Source of the DNA: a bacterium
Lineage (GTDB): Bacteria > Electryoneota > Electryoneia > Electryoneales > Electryoneaceae
Direction of reading: 5' to 3'
Length of the DNA: 64,000 bases
Assembly (NCBI GenBank): GCA_963669175.1
Contig: OY769902.1
Coordinates: forward strand, 3,840,001 to 3,904,000
Shown: in pieces, positions 19,001 to 29,021 of the stretch
How the letters are laid out: each line of letters begins with the position of its first letter
Numbering within the stretch: the stretch's first letter is position 1
Program-made: the position numbers and the translations under genes
The notes under the pieces: model-generated
Databases searched by the model: none
What the model was told of the DNA's origin: nothing
The model's input: the letters and a program-made list of their open reading frames with translations, nothing else

Positions 19001-21177
19001 CCCGTACCCGAAATACCCGCTATATATGGATCATCCGTAGTAACCGAAATCTCAATCTGGTTCTGTTGCATGTCACTTCTGTTTTCCAGTTCAAATAACA
19101 GGCCGATCGTTTCACCTGCTTCTGCAATCCCATTGCTGTTTCCCGTGGTTCCATTCTGCCCATTATCTACTACAACAACATCTGCGAACACGATACTTTG
19201 TGCGACTTCCTGCACGGACACATCCATTTCATAGGGCAAATAGTGTTGTGCCGTAATAAACAACTTCAGTTCATTAGCCACACACCCATTCAAATCAAGC
19301 CAGCACTGACCACCTGCATTTGTCTGATTCTTCGAAACAACAAATACGCTGTCCCCGACTTCACTGGACATGGTTACCCAGGCATTTTCAACCGGTTCAC
19401 TTGACATGGGATCATAGAGGGTAACATGGTAACCATTCTGACCATGTGCAATTGTGCTGTCAGCAAACAGGAGCATGGTCTTGGGGCTTCCTGTCCATAG
19501 ATAGACAGTGGGATCCCCCATGATATTGCACCATGTCGCAAAATTATGGACCATTTCATCCTGATGCCCGCAAAAACTCGTATACATATTGAATTTCGCA
19601 CCAATGCCAGCCTGTCCAACCGAAGGATTTTTTTGCTGGAGAATGCTGAACCAGGCGCCTCCGGCCAACGCATTGTTAAACCTTGTATGAGTCGATCCTT
19701 CATGCATTCCCATTGCAGCTATGGCGCCACGAGGAACACTGGCTGTACCGGCTCGCATCCAGGCTTCACTGATACCATCCCCAAGCCAGTCACCCGTTCT
19801 GCATGTCAAATCAATCACCATAGGTGTCATGAAGTCATTCGCCAGTTCATTAATCTCTTCAGGATTTAACCCTGTATCCTGATATCCACGATGATGATAT
19901 AAACTGACGCCATTATTCAAGTGCATGATATCTTGATGATTAATCCAGAATTGTGTGCCTTGTGTATACCAAGCAGTATCTACCTGTGTATACCCTGCAC
20001 TCAGCATCAGATTTCGAACATACCTTCCGGTATATATTGTCGATATTCCCGAAGCGCTGGATGTTGCAGAAACAGACCCTCTCGTAAACCATTGCTGATT
20101 ATCAAGATAAGGATGCTTCTCGTAGGAAAGCACTTTATTGGTGTATATTACCAGTTCGCTGGCATTTTCAACACTGATCCGTCCTATAGCACAATCCAGC
20201 AGGAAATCGTCCCCGGCTAACAGTCCGTATGCATGGTCGCCAAAACCTGTGCCAGGTGGCACAACGAATGAACCTGTCGCATCACCAACTATCACGATGT
20301 AATCGAAGGGAACTTCCGCAGCATTCCACCGCGCCTGGAGTTCTGTTCGAATATCATTGCTGGTCCATGAAAGAACATCTTCTGGCGTTAAGAAAGCCAG
20401 ATCCCAGCCACGTTGCTTTTTCCAGGTTATCCAGTCTTCCATCAAGGTGAGGGCTTCATTGGTAGAAACCACCTGCACACTGCCGCGAACAACACGATAC
20501 TCGTCCAGCTCAGCGTCATCCCAGTCGGAAAGCTGACGATAAAACGGGAGGAAAGTCTCACTCAATGTCGTTGGCCAGGTAGTCAATTGATTGCGATCAT
20601 CCACCCCATAATAATGAACAGCTATAGTTATATCAGAATATATCCTGACCTCATGCCTGGCCGGATTTACCTGTACTGGTGAAAGGTGAAGTCCTGCAAC
20701 TCGAAAATCGTGCATGATCGCAGGCGATGTAGCGTCTACGATCTCTTCAGGCAACCATCTGTCGGGGCTATCTTCAGCGAAGGACAATGAGAAGTTGACT
20801 TCATTAAAAAAGCTTTCAGTTGTAATATCTGAGTAGGTAGTGTATTCGGCATCCAGAATGTCTATGCTGATTGCAGACTGTGGGGGAATCCGGAACAATC
20901 CTGAAACAATCGGAAGAACCGGTTCTTCCGGATAATCATCGGGGAGAATGTCCTGAAGGACAAACCTGGAAATCTCATCAGGGTATTCAGGCGATTCAAC
21001 AATATCAACAGCCGGCAGGCGAATAATACAGTTAAAACCATCCGAGGTTGTACAGACTTGTTCGAACTTTACCAGGGGGACAGATGTGGCGCAGGAATCA
21101 GGGGCTTGCGTAGCATACACTGGTGACAGAGCGATCACCAGCAGTATCTGTACGAATACCACACCCCTTCCACGCAT
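16078..21177 (-). CDS. Secreted C25 (gingipain-like, clan CD) peptidase-family protein: propeptide, C25 domain, Ig-like domains, propeller-like region, C-terminal T9SS-type sorting domain
   Basis: WKKQRG, YIVIVGD, DHAY, IGRIS, KVLSYE, DLTCRTG, SEAWMR, GAIA, NIMGDP; C-terminal YPNPFNP...GMYF...KLLLLK. Confidence 0.88.
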   Translation of the reverse strand: MRGRGVVFVQILLVIALSPVYATQAPDSCATSVPLVKFEQVCTTSDGFNCIIRLPAVDIVESPEYPDEISRFVLQDILPDDYPEEPVLPIVSGLFRIPPQSAISIDILDAEYTTYSDITTESFFNEVNFSLSFAEDSPDRWLPEEIVDATSPAIMHDFRVAGLHLSPVQVNPARHEVRIYSDITIAVHYYGVDDRNQLTTWPTTLSETFLPFYRQLSDWDDAELDEYRVVRGSVQVVSTNEALTLMEDWITWKKQRGWDLAFLTPEDVLSWTSNDIRTELQARWNAAEVPFDYIVIVGDATGSFVVPPGTGFGDHAYGLLAGDDFLLDCAIGRISVENASELVIYTNKVLSYEKHPYLDNQQWFTRGSVSATSSASGISTIYTGRYVRNLMLSAGYTQVDTAWYTQGTQFWINHQDIMHLNNGVSLYHHRGYQDTGLNPEEINELANDFMTPMVIDLTCRTGDWLGDGISEAWMRAGTASVPRGAIAAMGMHEGSTHTRFNNALAGGAWFSILQQKNPSVGQAGIGAKFNMYTSFCGHQDEMVHNFATWCNIMGDPTVYLWTGSPKTMLLFADSTIAHGQNGYHVTLYDPMSSEPVENAWVTMSSEVGDSVFVVSKNQTNAGGQCWLDLNGCVANELKLFITAQHYLPYEMDVSVQEVAQSIVFADVVVVDNGQNGTTGNSNGIAEAGETIGLLFELENRSDMQQNQIEISVTTDDPYIAGISGTGTLQSIQPRSSAFVNGVVLVELSPATPDGWNAYYRITINADLSETTDIIPLEIQSFKLALIQAQALNDSGNVISPGETGILQCLVANVGNSSALDPVNLVLHSDDPFISIGHNVGVMTSLAPSQTAMTSQFEISIHPEAFKGHRGNLYLTALSTNNMLDTLYFDVTIGEVDADDPIGPDLYGHYAFDNTDTLYYEEYAPDFTWIEINPDLHEHLFLGENLCLQDTVDNQDTAVVIQLPFPVRYYGETYSEMTIAVNGFVAMGNQADMPLQRNWTIPSPLGPSAMIAPYWDERKTDDESGIFYYHDAWNGRIIVEWYRVLDAAMHNPCTFELILYQQPEPDSTWTNDNDILFQYRTMNHSQGNGADVYYFTTGIENQTQDDGLQLAYWNSYTPGMPPVENGRAVLFTTNVMRIMGSIEGTISSTLNEAPIEGALVVTDDGQASACTNANGYYCLERVVAGRVDLEVFHDCFNSKYIENIAVDMDEPTEVNISLYSPDLLITPPVVIDTIHTDEDHTLSINLYNPGDGLLEYDAGIRFQGENEGMQFQRIVEELPTDDNDLDDMASPWDWAYSFSLSEQETRNRGLVFDGRFFWVTGSNGLDVNVPNQLYQYDRYGAFIRSFDQPVGENMRSDPGIYGLTSDGDFLYGVDGGWLYRIDKKWELEEGNWQVGSIAAIDSFETPVNPARYLAYDPDSDLFWMGDYGIDIYAVNRQGSIIAQYPQDFFPRGASWFAEDPDGFNLYFICQANGSNQTSIVKMNPENGDAVEIYSFIAPAGNVHPSGIDISGQWNPLVWVIATIIDCGEEDGLQVWTLSDNLPFFTIEQANGVVIPGTASILLFNVDGSLLNQGVYRFYTYFKHNACSAHNNWAYFTIVAPDTVTQAITVAAQPVEWEFSGVYPNPFNPTTTIAFSLKQNSPVHATLYDILGREVATVIDEIRPSGHHQVAFDGSNLASGMYFLHFQAGPLQETRKLLLLK

Positions 21178-21360
21178 GGAACTCTCCGAATAGAGTCATC
21201 TACAGATATTTCGTTATGTCATGCAGGCTTTATAGTCATCCACGATAAGCTGATTATCCTTCAAGTACATCAAGGTAAGAAGTCAAGTACAGCTATGTAT
21301 CAATAAGAAGAAGGAAAATGAAACATTTTCGGAGGTATCACTGCCTCTCCGAGCCGTATC

Positions 21361-21855
21361 CTACAACGAGTCCAACGCAGCTTTCAACTGATCGTAACAC
21401 TCCCACATATCTTGACTTATCACTTTCGTCTCCCCCAGAACCGGCATAAAATTAGTATCCCCTTTCCAGCGGGGTACAATATGCAGGTGGATATGCTCCT
21501 CCAACCCTGCCCCGGCAATGGTTCCCATGTTCCAACCGAGATTAAACCCATGCGGATGCAATGTTCTCTCCATCGCTTCCATGCACACCTGCGTCAATTC
21601 ACCGGTAGCTTCCCATTCATACGGTTCCATCTGACGTAAATCATGCAAGTGCCTGTTGGGGCAAACCATCAGGTGACCATTGGAATACGGGTACCGATTC
21701 ATGATTACAAAAGCATTTTCACGACGAATCAGAATGAGGTTCTCACGGTCGTTTTCAATCCCCTCCTTCAGGGCATCACAAAGAAAACAATCCGTAACCC
21801 CATTTGCGGATTCTTTGATCCATTTGAACCGCCAGGGCGCGTACATCTTTTCCAT
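21361..21855 (-). CDS. HIT-family protein (Ap4A hydrolase/phosphorylase type)
   Basis: APWR, CFLC, NRYPYSNGH, HIHLHIVPRW.GDTNFM. Confidence 0.92.
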   Translation of the reverse strand: MEKMYAPWRFKWIKESANGVTDCFLCDALKEGIENDRENLILIRRENAFVIMNRYPYSNGHLMVCPNRHLHDLRQMEPYEWEATGELTQVCMEAMERTLHPHGFNLGWNMGTIAGAGLEEHIHLHIVPRWKGDTNFMPVLGETKVISQDMWECYDQLKAALDSL

Positions 21856-21872
21856 CTTCTTCCCCGTTCACG

Positions 21873-21902
21873 AAAAAAGGCGGCGGCCAAATTGCCGCCG
21901 CC
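21873..21902 (-). terminator. Terminator after the EF-G paralogue
   Basis: GGCGGCGGC/GCCGCCGCC stem with T6 on the minus strand. Confidence 0.8.
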
Positions 21903-21925
21903 CAGATATGGCTTACAAAACTTTA

Positions 21926-24004
21926 TCAGTTACCTTCAGCCTTCTTCGCTTCGTATTCTTCCACGAGCTTGGCCTGGATATCGCCCGGCACTTCCTCGTA
22001 ATGGGAGAACTTGCGACGATGTGTTCCACGACCGGAAGTCATTGAACGAAGAGTGTTGGCGTACTTGTACAGCTCTGCCAGCGGCACCTTGGCATGAATG
22101 ATCTGCCATTTGCCCTGGACTTCCATGCTGGCGACCTTGCCACGACGGCTGGAAATGTCACCCATGACATCACCCATGTTCTCCTGCGGAACCTTGATAT
22201 CCACATCATAAATCGGTTCCAGGATTACCGGCTTTGCAGCCTTACAGGCTTCACGGAAACCAAGCGATCCCGCCATCTTGAAGCTGAATTCATCCGAATC
22301 GACCGGATGGTACTTGCCGAAGTATACGGTGGCCTTTACATCGATGACCTGGTTGCCGGCGATAATACCACGGCCGGTGCCTTCCTGGCAGCCCTTGTCA
22401 ACGGCAGGAATGAACTGACGCGGAATAACACCACCAACAATCGCGTCGACAAATTCATAACCTTCGCCACGTGGTTGGGGTTCTACACGAATATTGGCAA
22501 TACCGAACTGGCCACGTCCACCGGACTGCTTCTTATGTTTACCTTCAGCCTCAGCAGTTTTACGGATAGTTTCACGATACGGGATCTTCGGTTCCACCAA
22601 TTCAGCATCGACACCAAAACGATCTTTCAAACGGCTGAGAACGACTGCCAACTGCGCATCGCCCTGGCCAGCAAGAATCGTCTGGGAAAGTTCCGGATCG
22701 AAAGTCACGACGAAGGTCGGGTCGGCCTTCTGAAGAATATTCAGACCTTCCGAAATCTTGTCCTCTTCCCCGCTGGTCTTGGGGACCACTGAACCACGAA
22801 TGCTGGGTTCCGGGAATTTCGGCGGCGCAAGAATTACCGGGAAGTCAGAAACGGCGAGAGTATCACCGGTTTTGGTGCTCTTCAGTTTCACCAGCACGCC
22901 CATATCACCGGCGTTAAGCTGATCGACAGTCTTGCGTTCCTTGCCCAGGGAAATCGCAACCTGGCTGATCTTTTCAGAACCATTCCCGGAATTGTTGGTC
23001 AGTTCTACACCGGCAGTCAATGCTCCTGAGAACACCCGGAAGTAGCTCATTTCGCCAACATGCGCTTCAGTCGTCGTCTTGTATATCAACAGGCTGATCT
23101 TGCCAGCAGGATCACAGACAACCTCAACCTCTTCACCTGTTTTCTTATCCTGGGCCTTTTCAACCGGACGATCCAACGGGGTAGGTCCGAATGTTTCAAA
23201 GAAGGCTGTAAGCTTGTCAATACCGACCTGAGAAGTCGCTGCACCGCAAAGTACCGGGAAAATCGCTCCAGCCTTAATCCCCGTCTTCATGCCCTTGACC
23301 ATCTCTTCGTCTGTCAGGGAACCTTCCTCGAAGAACTTCTCCATCAGTTCATCGTCAGCTTCCGCAACACGTTCGATCAGCTTTTCACGAAGCTCATCGG
23401 CCTTGTCTTGCAGGTTGCCCGGAATATCACTGGCTGAAGCTTTACCATTTTCGTAGGTGTAAAGCTTCATGGAAAGCAGATCGATGATCTGGTTAAAGCC
23501 GGGACCACAGTTCACTGCATACTGCATCGGCGCTGCATTGGGATACGCTTCCTCGAGCTGGCCGAGAACCTTCTCGAAATCAGCGTTTTCCTTGTCCAGC
23601 AGGTTGACAAAGAAAGCACGCGGTAATTCGGCTTCCTCTGCACGTTCCCAAACCTGTTCAGTCACGACTTCAATACCGGCCACACCATGAATGGTAACCA
23701 GCGCCATGTCACTGACACGCAATGCGCCGTTTACTTCACCCAGAAAATCACTGAATCCGGGAGTGTCAATCAGATTGAATCGAACTTCCTTGGTCGACGC
23801 GGTCAGCAAACTCGCAGAAATTGAATGCTTCCTGCTGATTTCGTCCTTGGTGAAGTCACTGTGAGAAGTGCCTTCATCTACCGAGCCCATCCGGTCGATC
23901 GCTTTGAGCGAATACAACACAGATTCACAGAGGCTGGTCTTACCGGATTGTCCATGCCCGATGAGGCATACGTTCCGAATAGCAGCCGGTTGGTAATCCT
24001 TCAC
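21926..24004 (-). CDS. fusA: Elongation factor G paralogue (EF-G2/FusA2 type)
   Basis: Five-domain EF-G layout, KKQSGGRGQ, GKYHPVDS; divergent G-domain (RKHSI, DTPGF, NLLD); not in a str operon. Confidence 0.93.
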   Translation of the reverse strand: MKDYQPAAIRNVCLIGHGQSGKTSLCESVLYSLKAIDRMGSVDEGTSHSDFTKDEISRKHSISASLLTASTKEVRFNLIDTPGFSDFLGEVNGALRVSDMALVTIHGVAGIEVVTEQVWERAEEAELPRAFFVNLLDKENADFEKVLGQLEEAYPNAAPMQYAVNCGPGFNQIIDLLSMKLYTYENGKASASDIPGNLQDKADELREKLIERVAEADDELMEKFFEEGSLTDEEMVKGMKTGIKAGAIFPVLCGAATSQVGIDKLTAFFETFGPTPLDRPVEKAQDKKTGEEVEVVCDPAGKISLLIYKTTTEAHVGEMSYFRVFSGALTAGVELTNNSGNGSEKISQVAISLGKERKTVDQLNAGDMGVLVKLKSTKTGDTLAVSDFPVILAPPKFPEPSIRGSVVPKTSGEEDKISEGLNILQKADPTFVVTFDPELSQTILAGQGDAQLAVVLSRLKDRFGVDAELVEPKIPYRETIRKTAEAEGKHKKQSGGRGQFGIANIRVEPQPRGEGYEFVDAIVGGVIPRQFIPAVDKGCQEGTGRGIIAGNQVIDVKATVYFGKYHPVDSDEFSFKMAGSLGFREACKAAKPVILEPIYDVDIKVPQENMGDVMGDISSRRGKVASMEVQGKWQIIHAKVPLAELYKYANTLRSMTSGRGTHRRKFSHYEEVPGDIQAKLVEEYEAKKAEGN

Positions 24005-24306
24005 GTCTGGTTCCTCCTATCCCTGCTAACAGGGATCTCCTGTATCATGCTTCCAATTTTTTTTGCACGTAATGCGCCGAAAAAGGCATCTTGGAAGATA
24101 CGTGTCACTCCCCGATTGATCAAGCCCGACTCTCCGAATCTCCTCATGAAGACAGGGATTCGAGTTAGGGCATTTTATCCTGCGATACCAGCAGGGTAAC
24201 ATGGTTCCTGGACAGGCACTCCCAACCTGTTATCAGCGAAAATCAAGATAGCTCCTTTCCCCTGTCTACCCTATATTATCTGGCGCAGGCAACCCGTGTT
24301 ATCAAA

Positions 24307-25283
24307 ATGCTAAACCCATACAGTGCTACTTTTATGGACGTACTTCAAACGACAATCCATGAAGAGCTCGGCATCGGTCTACTGGTGCAGGGAAAACTGT
24401 TTTTCTCCCTCCTGGCTATTCTCACAATCCTGATTATTCGTTTCCTGGTCATAAGAATCATCATTCAGCGCAAACGCAGTTCTGAAATAGTATACCAATG
24501 GCGCAAACACAGCAGCCGTATTTCTTTCATTGTTGCTCTGATTCTACTCGGCGCTATCTGGCTGGAATCCGTGAAAACCCTGGGGACTTTCCTCGGGCTG
24601 TTCACCGCCGGTGTTGCCATCGCGCTGAAAGACCTGCTGACCAACTTCGCCGGATGGATCTTTATCGCCTGGCGAAAACCTTTCCAGGTCAGCGACCGCA
24701 TTCAGATTGGCAATCATTCCGGCGATGTGATTGATATTCGGATTTTCCAGTTCACCATACTTGAAACCGGAAACTGGGTAGACGCAGACCAGAGTACCGG
24801 CAGACTGATGCATATCCCCAACGGACAAATCTTTTCCAATCCGGTCGCAAACTACACCGCTGGATTCAACTACATCTGGAATGAAATCCCCGTCCTGATC
24901 ACTTTCGAGAGCGACTGGAAAAAGGCAACTGACATTCTTCAGACGATTGCAAATGAGCAGTTGGCATCCCTCGCAGAAACAGCGGTTGAAGAGATTCGAA
25001 AGGCATCGTATCAGTACCTGATCACGTACAAAACTCTCACCCCGTTGTCTATACTTCAGTAAAAGACAGCGGAGTTTTGCTTACAATACGCTATCTGTGC
25101 AGACCTCGGACACGAAGAGGAACAGAGGAAACAGTTTGGAAAGCCGTCTTGACCGCCTTTGCTGAACACAGCGATATTGACTTCGCTTACCCAACACTGC
25201 GTTTTTACACGAATGCAACCGAGGGGAAACCCGGAACAAGGCCGGGTGCGTTGTATTCGGAGCCAACGGGAGATTCAGAATGA
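24307..25283 (+). pseudogene. mscS: MscS small-conductance mechanosensitive channel, split by a 1-nt frameshift at 25040-25043 (real or assembly error)
   Basis: GVAIALKD, KPFQVSDRI, QSTGR..HIPN; adding one C restores LTPVVYTSVKDSGVLLTIRYLC...IDFAYPT. Confidence 0.8.
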
Positions 25284-26215
25284 AGCGACCACCGGCAGGA
25301 AAGCGGCTACCCGCTTTGGTCCTTCTCTACCTAACTTGCTTACTGATGGTACAGGCTTACGGATTCAGCCAGCTTCGTACGGATCTGTTCGGCAACCGTG
25401 AATTACAAGGCATGATATCCTCTGACGAGATTGATGAAGCCTCCGGGCTGGCTTCAAGCATTATCAATCCTGGCATTCTCTGGACCCACAACGATTCCGG
25501 TGATCGTAACCGCATTTTCGCCATTGACAATACTGGCCAGTTGGTCGGTGAATACACTCTGGATGGGTGCGACGCTCGTGATTGGGAAGATATCGCTGTT
25601 GGCCCCGGCCCGGAAGAACATACTTCTTATCTCTACGTTGGCAACATCGGCGACAACAGAGCTCATTATAATATCAAATACATCTACAGGGTTAAAGAAC
25701 CGGTAATTCAGCGGCTTCCGGGTGATCATGTCTTCAAAGAGACACTTTCCGGCGCGGACATCCTGGAGTTTTCACTTCCAGATGGCAATCGTGACACGGA
25801 AACCCTGATGATTGATCCTTTAAATCGCGATCTGTACATCATCTCGAAACGGGAAAACCCGGTTCATGTCTACCGTTTGCCTTACCCCCAGAATCCGGAT
25901 ACTCTGCTGATCCCGGAACTGGTCGCGACGATTCCATGCACACTTGCCGTGGCTGGTGATATCAATCCCACAGGAAACGAAGTCCTGATAAAAACCTATG
26001 ATCTCGTGTTCCATTGGACACGTTCGCCGGAACAGTCCATCGCGAATTTGTTGTCTACTCCTCCAGACACTCTCCCCTATTTTCCGCCCGAACCACAAGG
26101 CGAGGGTATCGCATGGGAATTGTACGGAACCGGCTACTACACACTCAGTGAAGAACCGGATGACATCCCGGCCTATCTCTATTTTTATCCGCGAATCGGA
26201 AGGGATGACGATTAG
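25280..26215 (+). CDS. Secreted hypothetical protein, probable beta-propeller
   Basis: Signal peptide; EASGL, WTHNDSG, DWEDIA, IGDN, QGEGI motifs. Confidence 0.75.
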   Translation: MKRPPAGKRLPALVLLYLTCLLMVQAYGFSQLRTDLFGNRELQGMISSDEIDEASGLASSIINPGILWTHNDSGDRNRIFAIDNTGQLVGEYTLDGCDARDWEDIAVGPGPEEHTSYLYVGNIGDNRAHYNIKYIYRVKEPVIQRLPGDHVFKETLSGADILEFSLPDGNRDTETLMIDPLNRDLYIISKRENPVHVYRLPYPQNPDTLLIPELVATIPCTLAVAGDINPTGNEVLIKTYDLVFHWTRSPEQSIANLLSTPPDTLPYFPPEPQGEGIAWELYGTGYYTLSEEPDDIPAYLYFYPRIGRDDD

Positions 26216-26224
26216 CAAAGAGAG

Positions 26225-26251
26225 AAAAAAAACAGCCTCACGGCTGTTTTT
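26225..26251. terminator. Bidirectional terminator between convergent genes
   Basis: A-run-CAGCC-TCAC-GGCTG-T-run. Confidence 0.75.
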
Positions 26252-26282
26252 CGGCTCTTACAATACGATTGCATCCCCTACT

Positions 26283-26621
26283 TCAGGTAGTCGATTTGTC
26301 CTTCTTCGTTTCACTTTTCGCATCACTCTTCTTGCTCTCGGGTTCATGATGCGGGCAGGTCTCGCAATAACCATTGCTGCCATGATCATGATCAGCATGA
26401 TGATGATGACCGTTACCGTTACCATTGATCGCCGGGTTCTTCCCCTTATAATCTGTCTGGTACCAGCCGCTGCCCTTAAAAATCACACCGATCCCGCCAG
26501 AAATCACACGTCGCGCTTCGCCCTGACATTCCGGACAGTGCTTTTCGCTCTCGTCTGTGATGCTGTGAAACAAATCAAAATGTGTACCGCACTTGGTACA
26601 CTCATATGTATAGGTTGGCAT
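26283..26621 (-). CDS. FmdB-family zinc-ribbon protein with His/Cys-rich tail
   Basis: MPTYTYECTKCG, CPECQG, FKGSGWYQTDY. Confidence 0.9.
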   Translation of the reverse strand: MPTYTYECTKCGTHFDLFHSITDESEKHCPECQGEARRVISGGIGVIFKGSGWYQTDYKGKNPAINGNGNGHHHHADHDHGSNGYCETCPHHEPESKKSDAKSETKKDKSTT

Positions 26622-26825
26622 CTCACGTCCTCCATGACAGGCGTTACCTTCTTAACCGGCCAGCTAAGCAATCTTTATGCCTGTCAGTTACTTTACTGAA
26701 GCGGGAAAGATATAGGCTCAACCCGCTGTTTTCAATATAAAAGACAATTCAGAAGGAGCAATATTCCATATGGTCTTCATACCTGCCTGCCAATACACTG
26801 CCGAAACGGCAGAATGACAGCAAAC

Positions 26826-27161
26826 TTAAAAACTCTCCAATGCCTCTTCAACAGAAGCCCGGAAATCGAATACCTGCTCAAGTCGTGTGATCCGGAACAG
26901 GGACATGATTTTTTCCGGTGTGCCAGCCAGTTTCATCACGCCCTTGACGTTCTGAACCGTACTCGTCGCTGCAACCAGGACACCCAACCCGGAAGAATTC
27001 ATCCACTGCAACTCACTCATATTCAGGACCAGCTTCCGAGTACCGTCTTCAACCTGCTGCTTCACTTCATTACGCAACAGTGCGGTATCATCGTTATTCA
27101 TCACTTTGCCGCTGAGATCCAATATGACTACATCACCCTCTTTACGCACTTGCAATTCCAT
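26826..27161 (-). CDS. Anti-sigma factor antagonist (STAS domain)
   Basis: LVLNMSELQWMNSSGLGVL, ITRL..VF, SVEEAL. Confidence 0.9.
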   Translation of the reverse strand: MELQVRKEGDVVILDLSGKVMNNDDTALLRNEVKQQVEDGTRKLVLNMSELQWMNSSGLGVLVAATSTVQNVKGVMKLAGTPEKIMSLFRITRLEQVFDFRASVEEALESF

Positions 27162-27273
27162 GCGTGTCCCCTGCGTGTTTTCCGATGTGTTCTCTTTGGC
27201 TAAAGGTAAGAGACCCTGCTGGAAGGAACAAGATGACAAATCCGCAATAATGGAGTAAATCAGAAGCGGTCCA

Positions 27274-28719
27274 TTATTTTTGCGCCAAACGCACCGGTCC
27301 TTCGATTTCATCCTCGGCATTTTGCGGCACCAGGCTGCAAAATGCGATGTAGCGATCCATTACGTTGTCCACATATTCCACGACATACTTACCACGGAAG
27401 TACCCGTTCCGTGAGCCCTGGTAATACTCCGGCTGATCGAATTGTGCCATGACGTTCCGAACAGTCTTCCAAGAATCACCATCCTGCCCATGATCCTGCG
27501 CCCATCTGCGGGCGTCCTGCACATGCCCCCAGCCGACGTTGTAGGAACCGATGGAGAAAGCCAACCGATCCATCTCGTTTTCCACATCTTCGAACTGGTT
27601 GTACAGAAACTTCATGTATCGAGAACCGCCAAAGATATTCTGAGAAGGATCGTACAGGTTATCCACCCCGAGCTCTTCCCCGGTTGTCGGCATGAGCTGC
27701 ATCAACCCGATAGCGCCGGCCCATGACTTCGCATCCGGATAAAATCCCGATTCGATATACGACACCGCCGCGAGGAATCGCCAGTCAAAACCGTACCGTT
27801 CACCCGCATGCTTAAAGATGTGATCGTACCGGCTGATCTTGCCCTCGGTACGCAATGCGAGCTGGGCGCTGCGATGACGGATAAAGCGTTCCGAATGGTT
27901 GAAGTAACGCCGTTGCAGGATGGCAAAATAGGAGCTCTTCCGGTAACGGCTGAGAAACTCGTCGAGAGTCTCCTGCAATTCAGGAGCGTTGGGACGCACT
28001 GCCCAGGCGATCTGCTGCGACTCCGTAATCGAAATGCCGATTTGCAGGTTCGGGAAAAATGACTGCTCCATCCGTGCGATCACGTTATCGACAATGGTCA
28101 ACTCCGCCAGTCCACGAGCCACCAGCTCCACCGGTTCCTCATCATTTAATGAGTCTATCGGCGACTGGATGATGACGTTGAGACCCTGACGCTGCAATTC
28201 ACGCAAGCGTTCCTCATACGAACTGCCACGACGCACGACAATAGTCCGTCCCTCGAGTTCATCCATCGTCCTGGGTGGAGGATGCTCCTCGGTTCCGACC
28301 AGAACCTGGCGTACTTCCAGGTACGGGTTTGAGAAGTTGATGATCCCGGAACGTTCTTCTGTGCGGGTCAGCATGGCGGCGATGATGTCACCACGTCCTT
28401 CCAACAGGTAGGGAACCATGTCTTCAAAACGGGGCGGTACAACTACCTGGAGATGAATGTTCTGTTCTTCTGCGAACTTCTTGATCAGTTCGTATTCAAA
28501 CCCACGACGCGCACCACGGTACAAGTAGTACATCAACGGGTGATTACGTGTAATCACGCGAAGAGTGTCCCTTGTCAGAATGCTGTCCAAGTCTATCGAG
28601 GCGACCTCAATAGCTTCAGCATCCATCCCGGGATGTTGGCCTGGGCTGAATAACACGGCAAAGAAGATGATTAAAAAACCAACTACTGCCCAGAACACGT
28701 ATTTCGGTGTTCGGTCCAT
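27274..28719 (-). CDS. mltF: MltF-like membrane-bound lytic transglycosylase
   Basis: Periplasmic-binding domain (LRVITRN, GFEYEL, GSSY) plus SLT domain (YIES, GAIGLMQLMP, SYNVG.GHVQDAR). Confidence 0.88.
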   Translation of the reverse strand: MDRTPKYVFWAVVGFLIIFFAVLFSPGQHPGMDAEAIEVASIDLDSILTRDTLRVITRNHPLMYYLYRGARRGFEYELIKKFAEEQNIHLQVVVPPRFEDMVPYLLEGRGDIIAAMLTRTEERSGIINFSNPYLEVRQVLVGTEEHPPPRTMDELEGRTIVVRRGSSYEERLRELQRQGLNVIIQSPIDSLNDEEPVELVARGLAELTIVDNVIARMEQSFFPNLQIGISITESQQIAWAVRPNAPELQETLDEFLSRYRKSSYFAILQRRYFNHSERFIRHRSAQLALRTEGKISRYDHIFKHAGERYGFDWRFLAAVSYIESGFYPDAKSWAGAIGLMQLMPTTGEELGVDNLYDPSQNIFGGSRYMKFLYNQFEDVENEMDRLAFSIGSYNVGWGHVQDARRWAQDHGQDGDSWKTVRNVMAQFDQPEYYQGSRNGYFRGKYVVEYVDNVMDRYIAFCSLVPQNAEDEIEGPVRLAQK

Positions 28720-29021
28720 ACCTATAACCTAGCGGTCCTTTCTCTCCCGGTCAAGCTCAAAATTTTCAAGCACCCTTCTCTTCCTGTATTCATAAATCTT
28801 AAAATGTTACCATCATACGTATTTGTGTAAGTTTAGTTCCTGCCTTGGGATACAAAGAAAAGAATCGCACCGGTTCCTGAACCTCTTTGCCTCTCCAAAC
28901 ATCCTGATTTATCAGGATGTTACACCAAATCCAAAATATCCTGAACAAAAAGCTGTAAATGTACCACGTTTTAAATAGCTGCCTTCGGATGTAGTCAGGT
29001 GATCTACGCGGGTGGGTACGA

